Positions 28,052 to 37,407 of a stretch of DNA of 64,000 nt are shown piece by piece. The DNA is taken from positions 17,372 to 81,371 of the forward strand of contig JAJECV010000006.1 in NCBI GenBank assembly GCA_022821875.1, written 5' to 3'. How positions within the stretch are numbered: the stretch's first letter is position 1; the number at the start of each line of letters is the position of its first letter. Made by a program: the position numbers and the translations under genes. Source of the stretch: Rhodothermales bacterium (GTDB lineage Bacteria > Bacteroidota > Rhodothermia > Rhodothermales > Bin80). Under the pieces are notes generated by a model. It had not been told where the DNA came from and searched no databases. It saw only the letters and a program-made list of their open reading frames with translations.

Positions 28052-28908
28052 GAAGTCCCCATCCTAGACAGATTCAGAAGATGTTTCGCAATTCTCTTTG
28101 CGGTTCCAATCGCCCTATCACTGTCGCTTCCAACGCAGAAGATGAATTCGTATAACGGTGATCTCCTAGAATTCCTAAGCGTAGCGGATTGTTCAAGCAA
28201 CCTGCTCTTGAATAGTCCTTGCAGCCGATCCTTGTAGATATTGATCAGATTCCCAACACCTATCTGTCGCACGGTTCTAGGCTCATCAAACAGTTCGCAT
28301 TGTGGACTTTCTTGATAAAGGTCTCGCCAGCCCTCATCACCATAAACCCGGTTCAACGTATCTGCCCATTTCGGATTAATCTCATCGGGAATGTTTGATG
28401 TTGGTAGCATCCGTGCGACTGTAGATGAGGGGAAAAGAATCCAGATATCAAGTGCTTTACAGCCGGCAATCTTCTTCAAGGTGTCCCATTCAACCTGTGT
28501 CCCGAAAGGATCAAGGAATAGCACCCCTCGCCATTTCTGCCAATTCCTCTGAAGATTTTGAAGATAAGCATTCGCATCGGTATTCTCGATGATGACGTTT
28601 CTATTCGGTCTGCTCCCCTTTAAGGACTGTAAACGGTCGCATTTCCCTTTGTCTTGTTCAACAAAGATCAACTCATCAAAGGGTTTGTCGGCTATATCCA
28701 TGGCAATTTTAGCGGATCCATCTCTAAATGAATGCCAATCTGTTCGGTCAGAACCCTGCATTTTAAGTTCCAGCGATCCTGAACCGGCAAACGCATCGAT
28801 GTACAGTAAATCGAAATGCTGATTCTTGAGCGCGGTCGTATATGCATCAAGATATCTTTTCAGGATATCAAGTTTTATTTTGGTCCATGTACCGCCGAAC
28901 GGATCCAT
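28048..28908 (-). CDS. tcmP: Three-Cys-motif partner protein TcmP (methyltransferase-like fold)
   Basis: The N-terminus [27 protein letters not shown]...[11 protein letters not shown] (a D-x-F-x-G-x-G SAM-motif-I-like sequence) is typical of TcmP. It is always reported paired with DUF5131. Here the stop and the next start overlap as TGATG. Confidence 0.85.
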   Translation of the reverse strand: MDPFGGTWTKIKLDILKRYLDAYTTALKNQHFDLLYIDAFAGSGSLELKMQGSDRTDWHSFRDGSAKIAMDIADKPFDELIFVEQDKGKCDRLQSLKGSRPNRNVIIENTDANAYLQNLQRNWQKWRGVLFLDPFGTQVEWDTLKKIAGCKALDIWILFPSSTVARMLPTSNIPDEINPKWADTLNRVYGDEGWRDLYQESPQCELFDEPRTVRQIGVGNLINIYKDRLQGLFKSRLLEQSATLRNSRRSPLYEFIFCVGSDSDRAIGTAKRIAKHLLNLSRMGTS

Positions 28909-28938
28909 GTTTTTGCCTTTTATGACTTAAAAAATTCG

Positions 28939-28966
28939 TTGACAACAATGTGGATTCTGATATAAT
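28939..28966 (+). promoter_or_regulatory. Consensus sigma70-type promoter-like element (TTGACA, 16-nt spacer, TGn-TATAAT)
   Basis: TTGACA at 28939-28944 and TATAAT at 28961-28966, preceded by TGa (an extended -10). It points away from tcmP toward the 3' end of fbaB, with no convincing CDS downstream. Confidence 0.3.
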
Positions 28967-29153
28967 ATACATAAATTAACGTAAAAAAATTTCCATATCC
29001 CCAAACCTGGAATTCCGTTGGTGTGGAGTGCTGCGTCAGTTTTGTATTGGTGGATGATCACATGGGGCAGGGAGCAGGAGGGTTGAGCACCCTGCAAACC
29101 ATCCATCCGGGGGGATGCAGGCGGATGCCCGGTGAGCACAAAAGCACAGCGTT

Positions 29154-29172
29154 CCCCCGGATCTGCCGGGGG
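29154..29172 (-). terminator. GC hairpin downstream of fbaB (possible bidirectional terminator)
   Basis: Stem cccccgg / ccggggg with a 5-nt loop, 28 nt after the fbaB stop. The U-tract on the minus strand is weak (cttttgtg). Confidence 0.35.
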
Positions 29173-29199
29173 AATGCTGGCTCAATCGGTTCAGCACTG

Positions 29200-30279
29200 C
29201 TATGCCACAGTGACGGATGAATCAAGGTAGACATCCTGGATTGCGTTCAGGATGCCAACGCCATCGTCCATCGGACGCTGGAATGCCTTCCGGCCGGAAA
29301 TCAACCCCATACCGCCGGCACGCTTATTAATTACGGCAGTCTTGACCGCCTGCTGTAAATCATTGGATCCAGATGCACCGCCAGAGTTGATCAGCCCGCA
29401 ACGGCCCATATAGCAGTTGGCAACCTGATACCGGGTGAGGTCAATCGGATGGTCGCTCGCCAGTTTCGTGTAAATGCGCTCATCAAACTTGCCGTAACTG
29501 GATCCACCATAATTCAACGCCGCATACCCTCCATTGGAGGTGGGCTGTTTCTGTTTAATGATGTCAGCTTCAATGGTCACGCCCAGGTGGTTTGCCTGAC
29601 CGGTGAGGTCGGCAGATGCCTCATGGTTGACACCATCAATCTTGAAGGCGCTGTTGCGCACATAACACCAGAGAATCGTCAGCATCCCAAGTTCATGAGC
29701 ATACGAAAATGCTTCCGTTACTTCCTGAATCTGCCGGTTGGACCCCTCTGATCCAAAATAAATGGTGGCCCCGACCCCAATACAGCCCATATCCCACGCA
29801 TTCTGGATGCTGGCAAAGGGGATCTGGTCATGTGTATTGGGGTAACTCAGCAGTTCGTTGTGATTGAATTTCAGGATGAAAGGAATCTTGTGCGCATACT
29901 TGCGTGCGACAGCCCCCAGGACACCATACGTGGAAGCCACGCCATTACAGCCCCCTTCAATTGCTAGGCGGACAATGTTTTCGGGGTCAAAATATACGGG
30001 GTTTGGTGCGAAGGACGCACCTGCGGAATGCTCAATTCCCTGGTCAACAGGAAGGATGGATACGTAGCCCGTTCCAGCCAGTCGCCCAGAGTTGAACAGG
30101 GTATGCAGTGAGCGCAGCACACGGGGATTCCGGTCTGAGTCTGTCCAGACAGCATCCACAAAATCAGGCCCTGGCAGATGCAGGTTCTCGTGCGGGATTG
30201 TGGTGCACGTATGCGTTAAAAGATGTTCTGCTGAATCCTCAAGGATGTCAGCAATTGTGGGATTAAGCACTTCAGCCAT
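29200..30279 (-). CDS. fbaB: Class I fructose-bisphosphate aldolase (FbaB/DhnA type)
   Basis: Length and sequence ([19 protein letters not shown]...ILKFNHNE...) match E. coli FbaB-type aldolases. Confidence 0.9.
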   Translation of the reverse strand: MAEVLNPTIADILEDSAEHLLTHTCTTIPHENLHLPGPDFVDAVWTDSDRNPRVLRSLHTLFNSGRLAGTGYVSILPVDQGIEHSAGASFAPNPVYFDPENIVRLAIEGGCNGVASTYGVLGAVARKYAHKIPFILKFNHNELLSYPNTHDQIPFASIQNAWDMGCIGVGATIYFGSEGSNRQIQEVTEAFSYAHELGMLTILWCYVRNSAFKIDGVNHEASADLTGQANHLGVTIEADIIKQKQPTSNGGYAALNYGGSSYGKFDERIYTKLASDHPIDLTRYQVANCYMGRCGLINSGGASGSNDLQQAVKTAVINKRAGGMGLISGRKAFQRPMDDGVGILNAIQDVYLDSSVTVA

Positions 30280-30361
30280 TGGTAAAGAAATTGATTGAGT
30301 TCGAATTTAACGTATAGAGTGATGGAATCACCCATTCAGGGGCTTCTACGCTTTGAACCCG

Positions 30362-31390
30362 TTAATTATTCCGCAGGCGGAACTCATCGGGTACGCTCAA
30401 AGGAGTTTTTAGCCAAGTTTCAAGGTTTCGTCCGATATGTGATGCCAGTAATATTCCCTTGGATCCCAGCCCCGTCAGGATCCAGACATTGCGGGTTAAC
30501 TGGTCGACCATTGGGAGCCTGGTTTCAGGAACGCCAACCCGGATCCCCGCAGATGCACCTAAAATTTTTGCCGATGCCACAGAAGGGATCATGCGCTTTG
30601 TTAGAGCAAGGATTTTTGTAATCCCCTCATTTGTAGGTTCCAGATCCTTATAGGAGTGTTCATAGGTGGTTCCGAGAATCAGTTTGTTCCCGGCTGGAAC
30701 TGCGTAGCCGGCCCCGCTGACCGGAAGTGGCAGATCAGTTGACATGGATACATGCACAAGTTGCCCCTTGGTGCAATGCAGGTGCAGGTTTTTCAGTTTT
30801 GAGAGGAATTGGTATTCAGCACCGACTGCAAGAATCAGTTTCCTTGTTTGCAGGGAAGTCTCTGAGTCCAGCATCACGGTGACCTCCGATCCATGGTCTT
30901 CCCAATCGGTAAGATTCTGATGGATCACATTGCAGCGGGGCATCAGTGTGGTGGCCATTTGATCCAGCAACTTTGATATATCCGCCACCCCTCCCTTTGT
31001 AATGGTCGCGCCGAACGGGGCTGTGATGGATGGATACATTTCATCGATCTGGTCGGACTCAAGCCAGATCAATGAATCAGGATTGGTTTGGGAGATCACA
31101 AAAAAAAGTGAAGCCTGGGTCTCGTTGAGGGCAGGGCGCAGAATCCCGCATGGATTGTACATCTCAAGTGCATTCGCCCGGTGCAGCGTATGCTGAAAAT
31201 CCTCATAAGCGGTCCAGGCATTCGGAAATCCTCCCATGCGCTGTCCTGCCAGCGGGTTGACCAGCCCCGCGGCAACAGCAGAGGCTGCCGGAGCTGTTCC
31301 AGAGAGTAACGTGACGCTGTTTGATTCGGAAAGCCACAATGCTGCACAGCTGCCCCCGAGTCCAGATCCCGCAATGATGACATCAACCAT
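30362..31390 (-). CDS. FAD-dependent oxidoreductase (DAO family)
   Basis: Has an N-terminal dinucleotide-binding motif (VDVIIAGSGLGGSCAALWL) and the size of DAO-type oxidases. Confidence 0.75.
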   Translation of the reverse strand: MVDVIIAGSGLGGSCAALWLSESNSVTLLSGTAPAASAVAAGLVNPLAGQRMGGFPNAWTAYEDFQHTLHRANALEMYNPCGILRPALNETQASLFFVISQTNPDSLIWLESDQIDEMYPSITAPFGATITKGGVADISKLLDQMATTLMPRCNVIHQNLTDWEDHGSEVTVMLDSETSLQTRKLILAVGAEYQFLSKLKNLHLHCTKGQLVHVSMSTDLPLPVSGAGYAVPAGNKLILGTTYEHSYKDLEPTNEGITKILALTKRMIPSVASAKILGASAGIRVGVPETRLPMVDQLTRNVWILTGLGSKGILLASHIGRNLETWLKTPLSVPDEFRLRNN

Positions 31391-31452
31391 ATACTTCTGA
31401 ATCTAACGGGAACAGCTTTTCGTGATTGGAGTAATACCGTGGCATTGCACTA

Positions 31453-31526
<74 letters not shown>

Positions 31527-31821
31527 CAAAGGCAGTCGTCAGGGGGATACTGGAAAACAGGTGTCTCCACAGGCGATTTTGGATAGATCAGAATTGGGTT
31601 TTCGGTTGACTGAATGCCGAATTCCGGCGGGTTCCACGCTCATGACCGCCGTCAGTCAGAGGCATCGTAAACTGTTTCCCGCTAACACTGCTTGATGGAA
31701 TATCGGAAATTTCTTGAATTGAGCCGGGTTAATGGCAAACTTCGCCATGGTATGGGGATACTCCTTCAGTAATTTTTAGCACCAACCATCATCCGATACG
31801 ATTTCTCCAAAATTTATAACC

Positions 31822-32286
31822 ATGGCAAATCAAGTCCCGGAAGCACTAAAGACTGCTTCTCAAATTCTTTGGATTGCAAGCCAAAGAGGCAGGTATCTCA
31901 CTCCGATGCAGATACTCAAGTTGTCCTATATCAGCCATGGCTGGACGCTCGGGATTTGCGAAATGCCCCTGTTCCGTGATGATGTTGAGGCATGGAAATA
32001 TGGACCGGTGGTGCCCGAAATCTACCATAAATATAAGAGGTACGGGTATTCACCCATTTTGAAAACTGTGCGGCGGCCGAGAGATATATTCGCGGAAACT
32101 CCACTTAAAATCATTAACCGAGTCACAGACGTATATGGCAAGTACGACGGGCTTTATTTATCCAGTCTAACACACCGGCCGGGGAGTCCATGGGACATAA
32201 CGATTAAGCGATACGGTGAGGGGGCAGCCATTGAGAATAACGTTATCATGGATTACTACAAATCCTTTGCGCAGGAAAATGAGTAA
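31822..32286 (+). CDS. Panacea-domain (DUF4065, SocA/GepA-like) antitoxin-type protein
   Basis: LTPMQILKLSYISHGWTLGICEMPLFRDDVEAWKYGPVVPEIYHKYKRYG is the characteristic core (KL.Y...g..l......l....f.AW.~GPV.p.lY..~k). Confidence 0.8.
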   Translation: MANQVPEALKTASQILWIASQRGRYLTPMQILKLSYISHGWTLGICEMPLFRDDVEAWKYGPVVPEIYHKYKRYGYSPILKTVRRPRDIFAETPLKIINRVTDVYGKYDGLYLSSLTHRPGSPWDITIKRYGEGAAIENNVIMDYYKSFAQENE

Positions 32287-32387
32287 GAAGTCAAGGTAAA
32301 GTGTCTAACAACATTAACTTTAATCTATGTTCAGGTCAATCGTGTTATCTCAGGGCATCAGATGTCGCTCTTTGATGGATGCGAAGC

Positions 32388-33422
32388 TTAGCGGCTGACG
32401 CGCCCGGATGCGTCCCCCGAAAGCAGTTTTTCCACCTCGGCGACCGTTACCCGGTTGAAGTCGCCGGGAATGGTGTGCTTCAGACACGAGGCCGCAACCC
32501 CAAAATCAAGTGCACGCTGATTGTCTCCGTCAAAGGTTAAAAGCCCGTAGATGAGGCCCGCACCAAATGCATCCCCCCCGCCAACCCGGTCCACAATCGG
32601 CACAACTTCATAGGTGGGGCCATGGAGCAGTTCGGATCCGTTCCAGAGAACGGCAGACCAGACATTGTGTGAAGCACTGATGGAACTTCTGAGGGTGATC
32701 ACGGCACGCCTGCAGTGAACAAAACGATCTGTCAGCTGCTTCCCCACCGATTCGTAGGCGGACGCATCCAGGTGGCCGCGATGAACATCTACACCCTCAG
32801 GATGAATGCCAAAAACTTTTTGTGCATCCTCCTCATTGCCGATAATCACATCACAGAAAGAAACCAGTTCAGGCATCACCTCGGCAGGTGTCTTTCCCCA
32901 TTTCCAGAGACGGGCCCGGTAATTAAGATCCACCGAAATCATCAGCCCCCGGCGGCGGGCCGCCTCCAGCGCTTCCTGAACGGTCAATGCAGCGGTTTCA
33001 GAGATCGCAGGGGTAATGCCCGTCCAGTGGAACCAGGATGCCCCCGCAAAGACCCGGTCCCAGTCAATCATCCCGGGGGTGATGGACGCAATCCCTGAGT
33101 GTGCACGATCATAAAGCACCTTGCTTGCCCGGGCAGATGCACCGGTTTCAAGGAAATAGATCCCCAGCCGATCCCCGCCCCGATGGACAAATTGCGTGTC
33201 AATCCCCAAGGCACGAAGGGACTGGATAGCACCGGTTCCCAATTCACTGGAGGGGACCCGGGATACAAATGAGACCGGGATCCCGAACTGGGACAGCGAA
33301 GCCGCAACATTGGCTTCCGCCCCGCCATAACATGCATCAAAAGAGGATGCCTGGGTGAATCGCTGAAATCCCGGCGTGGAAAGCCTCAACATGATTTCAC
33401 CGAAAGTAACGCAGCGTTTCAT
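32388..33422 (-). CDS. kdgK: 2-dehydro-3-deoxygluconokinase (PfkB family sugar kinase)
   Basis: Has the N-terminus FGEIMLRLSTPG...GGAEANVAASL and the C-terminal DRVGGGDAFGAGLIYG PfkB signature. Confidence 0.85.
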   Translation of the reverse strand: MKRCVTFGEIMLRLSTPGFQRFTQASSFDACYGGAEANVAASLSQFGIPVSFVSRVPSSELGTGAIQSLRALGIDTQFVHRGGDRLGIYFLETGASARASKVLYDRAHSGIASITPGMIDWDRVFAGASWFHWTGITPAISETAALTVQEALEAARRRGLMISVDLNYRARLWKWGKTPAEVMPELVSFCDVIIGNEEDAQKVFGIHPEGVDVHRGHLDASAYESVGKQLTDRFVHCRRAVITLRSSISASHNVWSAVLWNGSELLHGPTYEVVPIVDRVGGGDAFGAGLIYGLLTFDGDNQRALDFGVAASCLKHTIPGDFNRVTVAEVEKLLSGDASGRVSR

Positions 33423-33469
33423 TCTGGATAGGGGTAAGGGTTCGTGATTGGATCAGAGAATAAACCGGA

Positions 33470-34951
33470 TTACATGGCCCACTCCGGAATCGTTCCGGTC
33501 TCAATTCCAAAGACCCACAATATCAGTGAATAGGCACAGACGGTAATCAATACAAGGAACACGAAGTTAAGGGCAAGCCCTGCACGGGCCATCTCAAAGA
33601 CCGTCACGCGCTCACTCCCGTATACGATTGCATTAGGCGGTGTTGCCACGGGAAGCATAAACGCACAACTGGCTGCCAGAGCTGCAGGAATAGCCATGAG
33701 CAGCGGATTTTCTCCGACCGCTAATGCCAGAGCCGCCAAAACGGGCAGGAACGTTGCGGTGGTTGCCGTATTGCTGGTGATCTCTGTAAGAAAGACAATG
33801 ATTCCGGTGGTCAGAAGAATGATCAGGATTGCCGGGAACTGCTGCAGCGGCTCCAGGGATTCCCCAAGCCAGGAAGCGAGCCCGCTCCCGGAAACCGCAC
33901 CTGCCAGGCTGAGGCCTCCACCAATCAGGATCAATGCTCCCCAGGGCAGTTTCTTTGCGGTTTCCCAGTCCTGCACAAAAATCCCCCGCTTGAAGTCAAC
34001 CGGAATGACAAACAGCGATAAGCCCCCAATCATTGCAATCCCGGCATCCGTGAGACCAGGAACCAACGGAGTCAGCAGCGGGCGTGTGATCCACAGGGTC
34101 GCAGTGATCAGAAAAACAATCCCCACAATTTTCTCCCCCTTCTTCATGGGTCCGAGTTTGCTCTGCTCCCGTTCAATCAGATCGGTACTTCCAACCAGAT
34201 CATCTTTTGCAAAAGAGTAGAGAATTCGGGTGATCATGAAAAATACCAGAGGTACACCAATCAAAACAATCGGTACGCCAACGGACATCCATTTTGTAAA
34301 GGTAATCGTATAGCCGTATTCGCTTTCGAAGAACGCGCTGATAAATGCGTTGGGGATCGTACCAATGAGGGTGCCCATCCCGCCGATATTTGCTGCATAG
34401 GCAATGCCTAACAGCAATGCAACGGCAAAGTGGTGCCTGAATCGTTCGCCGCTGCTCTCTGTATCGGCCAGTGCAATGACGGAAAGGGCAACCGGCAGCA
34501 TCATCAACGTGGTGGCGGTATTGCTGACCCACATACTCAGGCCCGCGGTTGCAATCATAAATCCCGCAATTAAAGCCCGGGGGCCCGTACCTGCACGGGA
34601 GATAATCCACATGGCAATCCGCCGGTGCAACCCCCATCGCATCATGCCCAGAGCAATCATGAACCCTCCCATGAATAAGTAGATGATCGGATGGGCATAC
34701 GGCGTTGCGGTTTCTTCCAGAGAGCGCACACCGAACACGGGGAATAACACCAGAGGTAAAAGAGAGGTGGCCGGAATCGGGATAGACTCACAGATCCACC
34801 AGGTGGCCATGAGCAGTGCAGCTCCAGTTGTGTACCATGCAGCCGCTGCCAGCCCGTCCGGCGGCGGCAGAATGAGTACTGCAATCATCCAAAACGGCCC
34901 CAGAAACAATCCTGCAGACTGACGCAGCCCATAAGATGATGGTGCCTTCAT
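33470..34951 (-). CDS. DASS/SLC13-family anion:sodium symporter
   Basis: Polytopic protein with SNTATT repeated twice (WVSNTATTLMMLP and EITSNTATTATFLP), typical of DASS transporters. The ORF extends to 35017, but the ATG at 34951 (MKAPSS) is the more plausible start. Confidence 0.85.
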   Translation of the reverse strand: MKAPSSYGLRQSAGLFLGPFWMIAVLILPPPDGLAAAAWYTTGAALLMATWWICESIPIPATSLLPLVLFPVFGVRSLEETATPYAHPIIYLFMGGFMIALGMMRWGLHRRIAMWIISRAGTGPRALIAGFMIATAGLSMWVSNTATTLMMLPVALSVIALADTESSGERFRHHFAVALLLGIAYAANIGGMGTLIGTIPNAFISAFFESEYGYTITFTKWMSVGVPIVLIGVPLVFFMITRILYSFAKDDLVGSTDLIEREQSKLGPMKKGEKIVGIVFLITATLWITRPLLTPLVPGLTDAGIAMIGGLSLFVIPVDFKRGIFVQDWETAKKLPWGALILIGGGLSLAGAVSGSGLASWLGESLEPLQQFPAILIILLTTGIIVFLTEITSNTATTATFLPVLAALALAVGENPLLMAIPAALAASCAFMLPVATPPNAIVYGSERVTVFEMARAGLALNFVFLVLITVCAYSLILWVFGIETGTIPEWAM

Positions 34952-35189
34952 AATCCCCGTTCGTGTATTGAAGGTGGCATCAGCAGTATTCGACGCAATC
35001 CGTCCTGTGTTCGGCACCTTAATGTCTCAGGAATATGGGATTTTTCCGCAGTTTGATCCAGCTTACTTCGTACATCTGTGAACGGTGTACGAATGAATCG
35101 GCGATGAGACTCTATGGTCTTGAACCGCGGAAACATTCGCGTCCGCATGTCCCCGCCTGCATCAGTATTGCCGAAAAAATCAATTTTTG

Positions 35190-35783
35190 TCATGGGACAG
35201 GGGCGATCCCGCCGTCTATGTTTCGTCCTTCTGCGGGTAGGGGTTGAATAGAGGCGGATGGCCGAGAGGATGAGGCGATCAGTCTCCTGTTGATCCGGCC
35301 TGTGACCGGTCTCACGATCTCGTAGAGCACCGCCTTCACGCATCTGACCATTGTGCTGCAGACCCGTTCCAGAAACATGATCTGTTTTTTATCAGGACGA
35401 ATTCTTCGGAAAAAAGGATGAGGACAGGTACTTCGAGGCCGCCCTTTTCCAGTGACGGCATGGCGTATGTAGCGTCGGAGGGCCCATCGGCGGTGCCCGG
35501 TTCGTGTGCTGCTTTCGATCCGTGTATGCACCGGCAGGGTAATGTTGACCAGTTGTTTGGTGATCGGCAACCGGCGTAGAATATCGGGGAGATATCCTGA
35601 TCTATCTTTTCTATTCTCCTGCATTGTCTGGATGATGCCGGAGAGCACCGCATTCGTCAGTTCCCGCCCCCGGCAGCACAACCGGCAAATCTCGCTCATC
35701 GCAGCCCGTGGATAAAGTCCGGGGAAATTTGAACAGCACTTTTCGGATCGGTTTTTGGGGATTAGACTGCTCAAAACAGCCAA
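35190..35783 (-). other. Long Arg/Cys-rich ORF of doubtful coding status; possibly a decayed gene, with only weak hints of a Zn-finger/IS91-like transposase
   Basis: A 197-codon open frame from a TTG start, with unusual composition. Two other minus-strand frames also carry 70-130-codon ORFs across the same ~1 kb. No clear motif is present. Confidence 0.2.
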
Positions 35784-36006
35784 ACCATCTACGACACATA
35801 GTTGTGTTGCCTCGCTCTGTGATCATACTTTATCCACGGACTGACAGGGCTTAATCTCGGAAAAATCTAATACCTGTCTCTGGAGCATCCCATCGAAACG
35901 GTCGGGGTGGCAGGCGAGTATTCAGGGAGCACTTCTTTCGGCCGGGCAAAAAGATTCAGATGCCCGGTGCGGGATGGATGAGATGGGGTTACCGGAGATG
36001 CATGGC

Positions 36007-37116
36007 TCATGGCTCAACTTCTCCGCTATCGTGCTCCGTCGTTTGGTCGACGTTCGGATAATAATAGTTGTCCAGAAACCAGTCATGGAATGACTTGATC
36101 GGGATCGCATAGCGGGGAGCTGCGCCCTTCAGGATGCCCTCGTCCAGTGCACGGAAATAGGCATCCTGTGCGCCCTCCTGGTCATAGTCCTGCCGCAGAG
36201 AATCCATGATGTCAGATTCGGAGACCCGATCCGAATCTTTAAACGCCTGGGCAATGCAGTGGGCATCCTTTTCGGGGATCCCCTGCACCAGCGCCTCAAA
36301 AAATCGGTTTCGGTTTTCCTCTCCCGCTGCAAGAACCTTTGTGAGTCCTTCTGGGGTCATCACACCGCCATGCTGGCGTAGCCAGACCGCGGCCGGCTCC
36401 ACATAGGACTGGATATGGCGGGGCCAGGCATAGGTCTCCGGGGCGATCGCATCCACCCACGCACCGGGATCCCCCTCTGCACCGCCCTCTCTCTGGAGCC
36501 AGTCCTGAATCACCGCACGGCACGCCGCATCGGTGAGCGGGTCCAGTTCAAGGTAACATCCAGAGGAGAACCTGGTCACATGCAGCCGCGCAAGGGCGGC
36601 ACGGCTTCGCGCCCGTCCGGCTGCAATGAGCAGAACGGGGCGCTCCAGTTGCCCGTTGTGGATCGCCCTGAGGCACCGGGAGGCAGTCTTGAATTCATGC
36701 GACTGTTCAGGCAGTATCTCGTGGAGTGCCTCTGCTTCATCCAGCAGGAGCAGGAGCGGATGCGGTTGCTCTTTGAGGACATCTATCGTACTCAGCACGG
36801 TCGGGTTCGGGCCAGAGGTTTCCGCTTCGGACTGTCCCAGTGCGCTGCGCAATATATCTGCGTCCCAAAGTGCCTGCGGCCGTAAGACGGCAACCTGCCA
36901 TCCCCGTGATCCGGCCCGCTGCCTGACCGCACCCAGCAGACCGGTCTTGCCCGCGCCGGCCTCCGCCTGGATCAGGATGGTGGTCCCCGGCGCTCCCTGG
37001 GTGATCTGCTCCATACGTTCTTCGAGTTTGCGTAATATTCGATTTCTTCCATGGAAGTACTTCGCTTCCTTAAGGTCATCCACTGGAGCAGGAGATGTGT
37101 TTCGGGGTTTAGTCAT
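36007..37116 (-). CDS. P-loop NTPase (AAA_16/STAND-like), paralog 1 of 3 (intact)
   Basis: N-terminal EAKYFHGRNRILRKLE. Walker A is ILIQAEAGAGKTGL and Walker B is LLLLLDEAE. Conserved C-terminal blocks are ETYAWPRHIQSYV and IPIKSFHDWFLDNY. It aligns along its full length with the loci at 43461-44631 and 60186-60955. Confidence 0.75.
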   Translation of the reverse strand: MTKPRNTSPAPVDDLKEAKYFHGRNRILRKLEERMEQITQGAPGTTILIQAEAGAGKTGLLGAVRQRAGSRGWQVAVLRPQALWDADILRSALGQSEAETSGPNPTVLSTIDVLKEQPHPLLLLLDEAEALHEILPEQSHEFKTASRCLRAIHNGQLERPVLLIAAGRARSRAALARLHVTRFSSGCYLELDPLTDAACRAVIQDWLQREGGAEGDPGAWVDAIAPETYAWPRHIQSYVEPAAVWLRQHGGVMTPEGLTKVLAAGEENRNRFFEALVQGIPEKDAHCIAQAFKDSDRVSESDIMDSLRQDYDQEGAQDAYFRALDEGILKGAAPRYAIPIKSFHDWFLDNYYYPNVDQTTEHDSGEVEP

Positions 37117-37407
37117 TGTGCTGCGAGGCGGTTAGATTGAACGAGATTACTACTTATAACTCGGACATCAGGTCAACTTTGGGCGTGGGAATAGGTTTCA
37201 GCGGGGCTTAGATATGTGAGTAACCAAAGTGATTGAAGCATCTTTTGATCTGACAGACACCGGCCGTCCGATAAGATCATAGGAACACACGCACGCTGTT
37301 GGGGATGTTTCCTTGCAAACCGTGGGAAATTTATGTCATTTTAGATGCCCATGCGTACAACCTCCTTAAATTGCGCCTTTCTTCCCGCTAAATAACTTCA
37401 TCATCCC

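Noticed and set aside
29023-29220. A 65-codon plus-strand ORF downstream of the consensus promoter
   Set aside because: It is Cys/Gly-rich with an implausible composition, and it overlaps the fbaB terminator hairpin and the fbaB 3' end.
32348-32358. A possible attR-like repeat of the tRNA-Arg 3' end
   Set aside because: Only about 9 of 11-12 positions match (tctcagggcat versus cctcccgggcat). That is too short and degenerate to claim an integration scar without comparative data.
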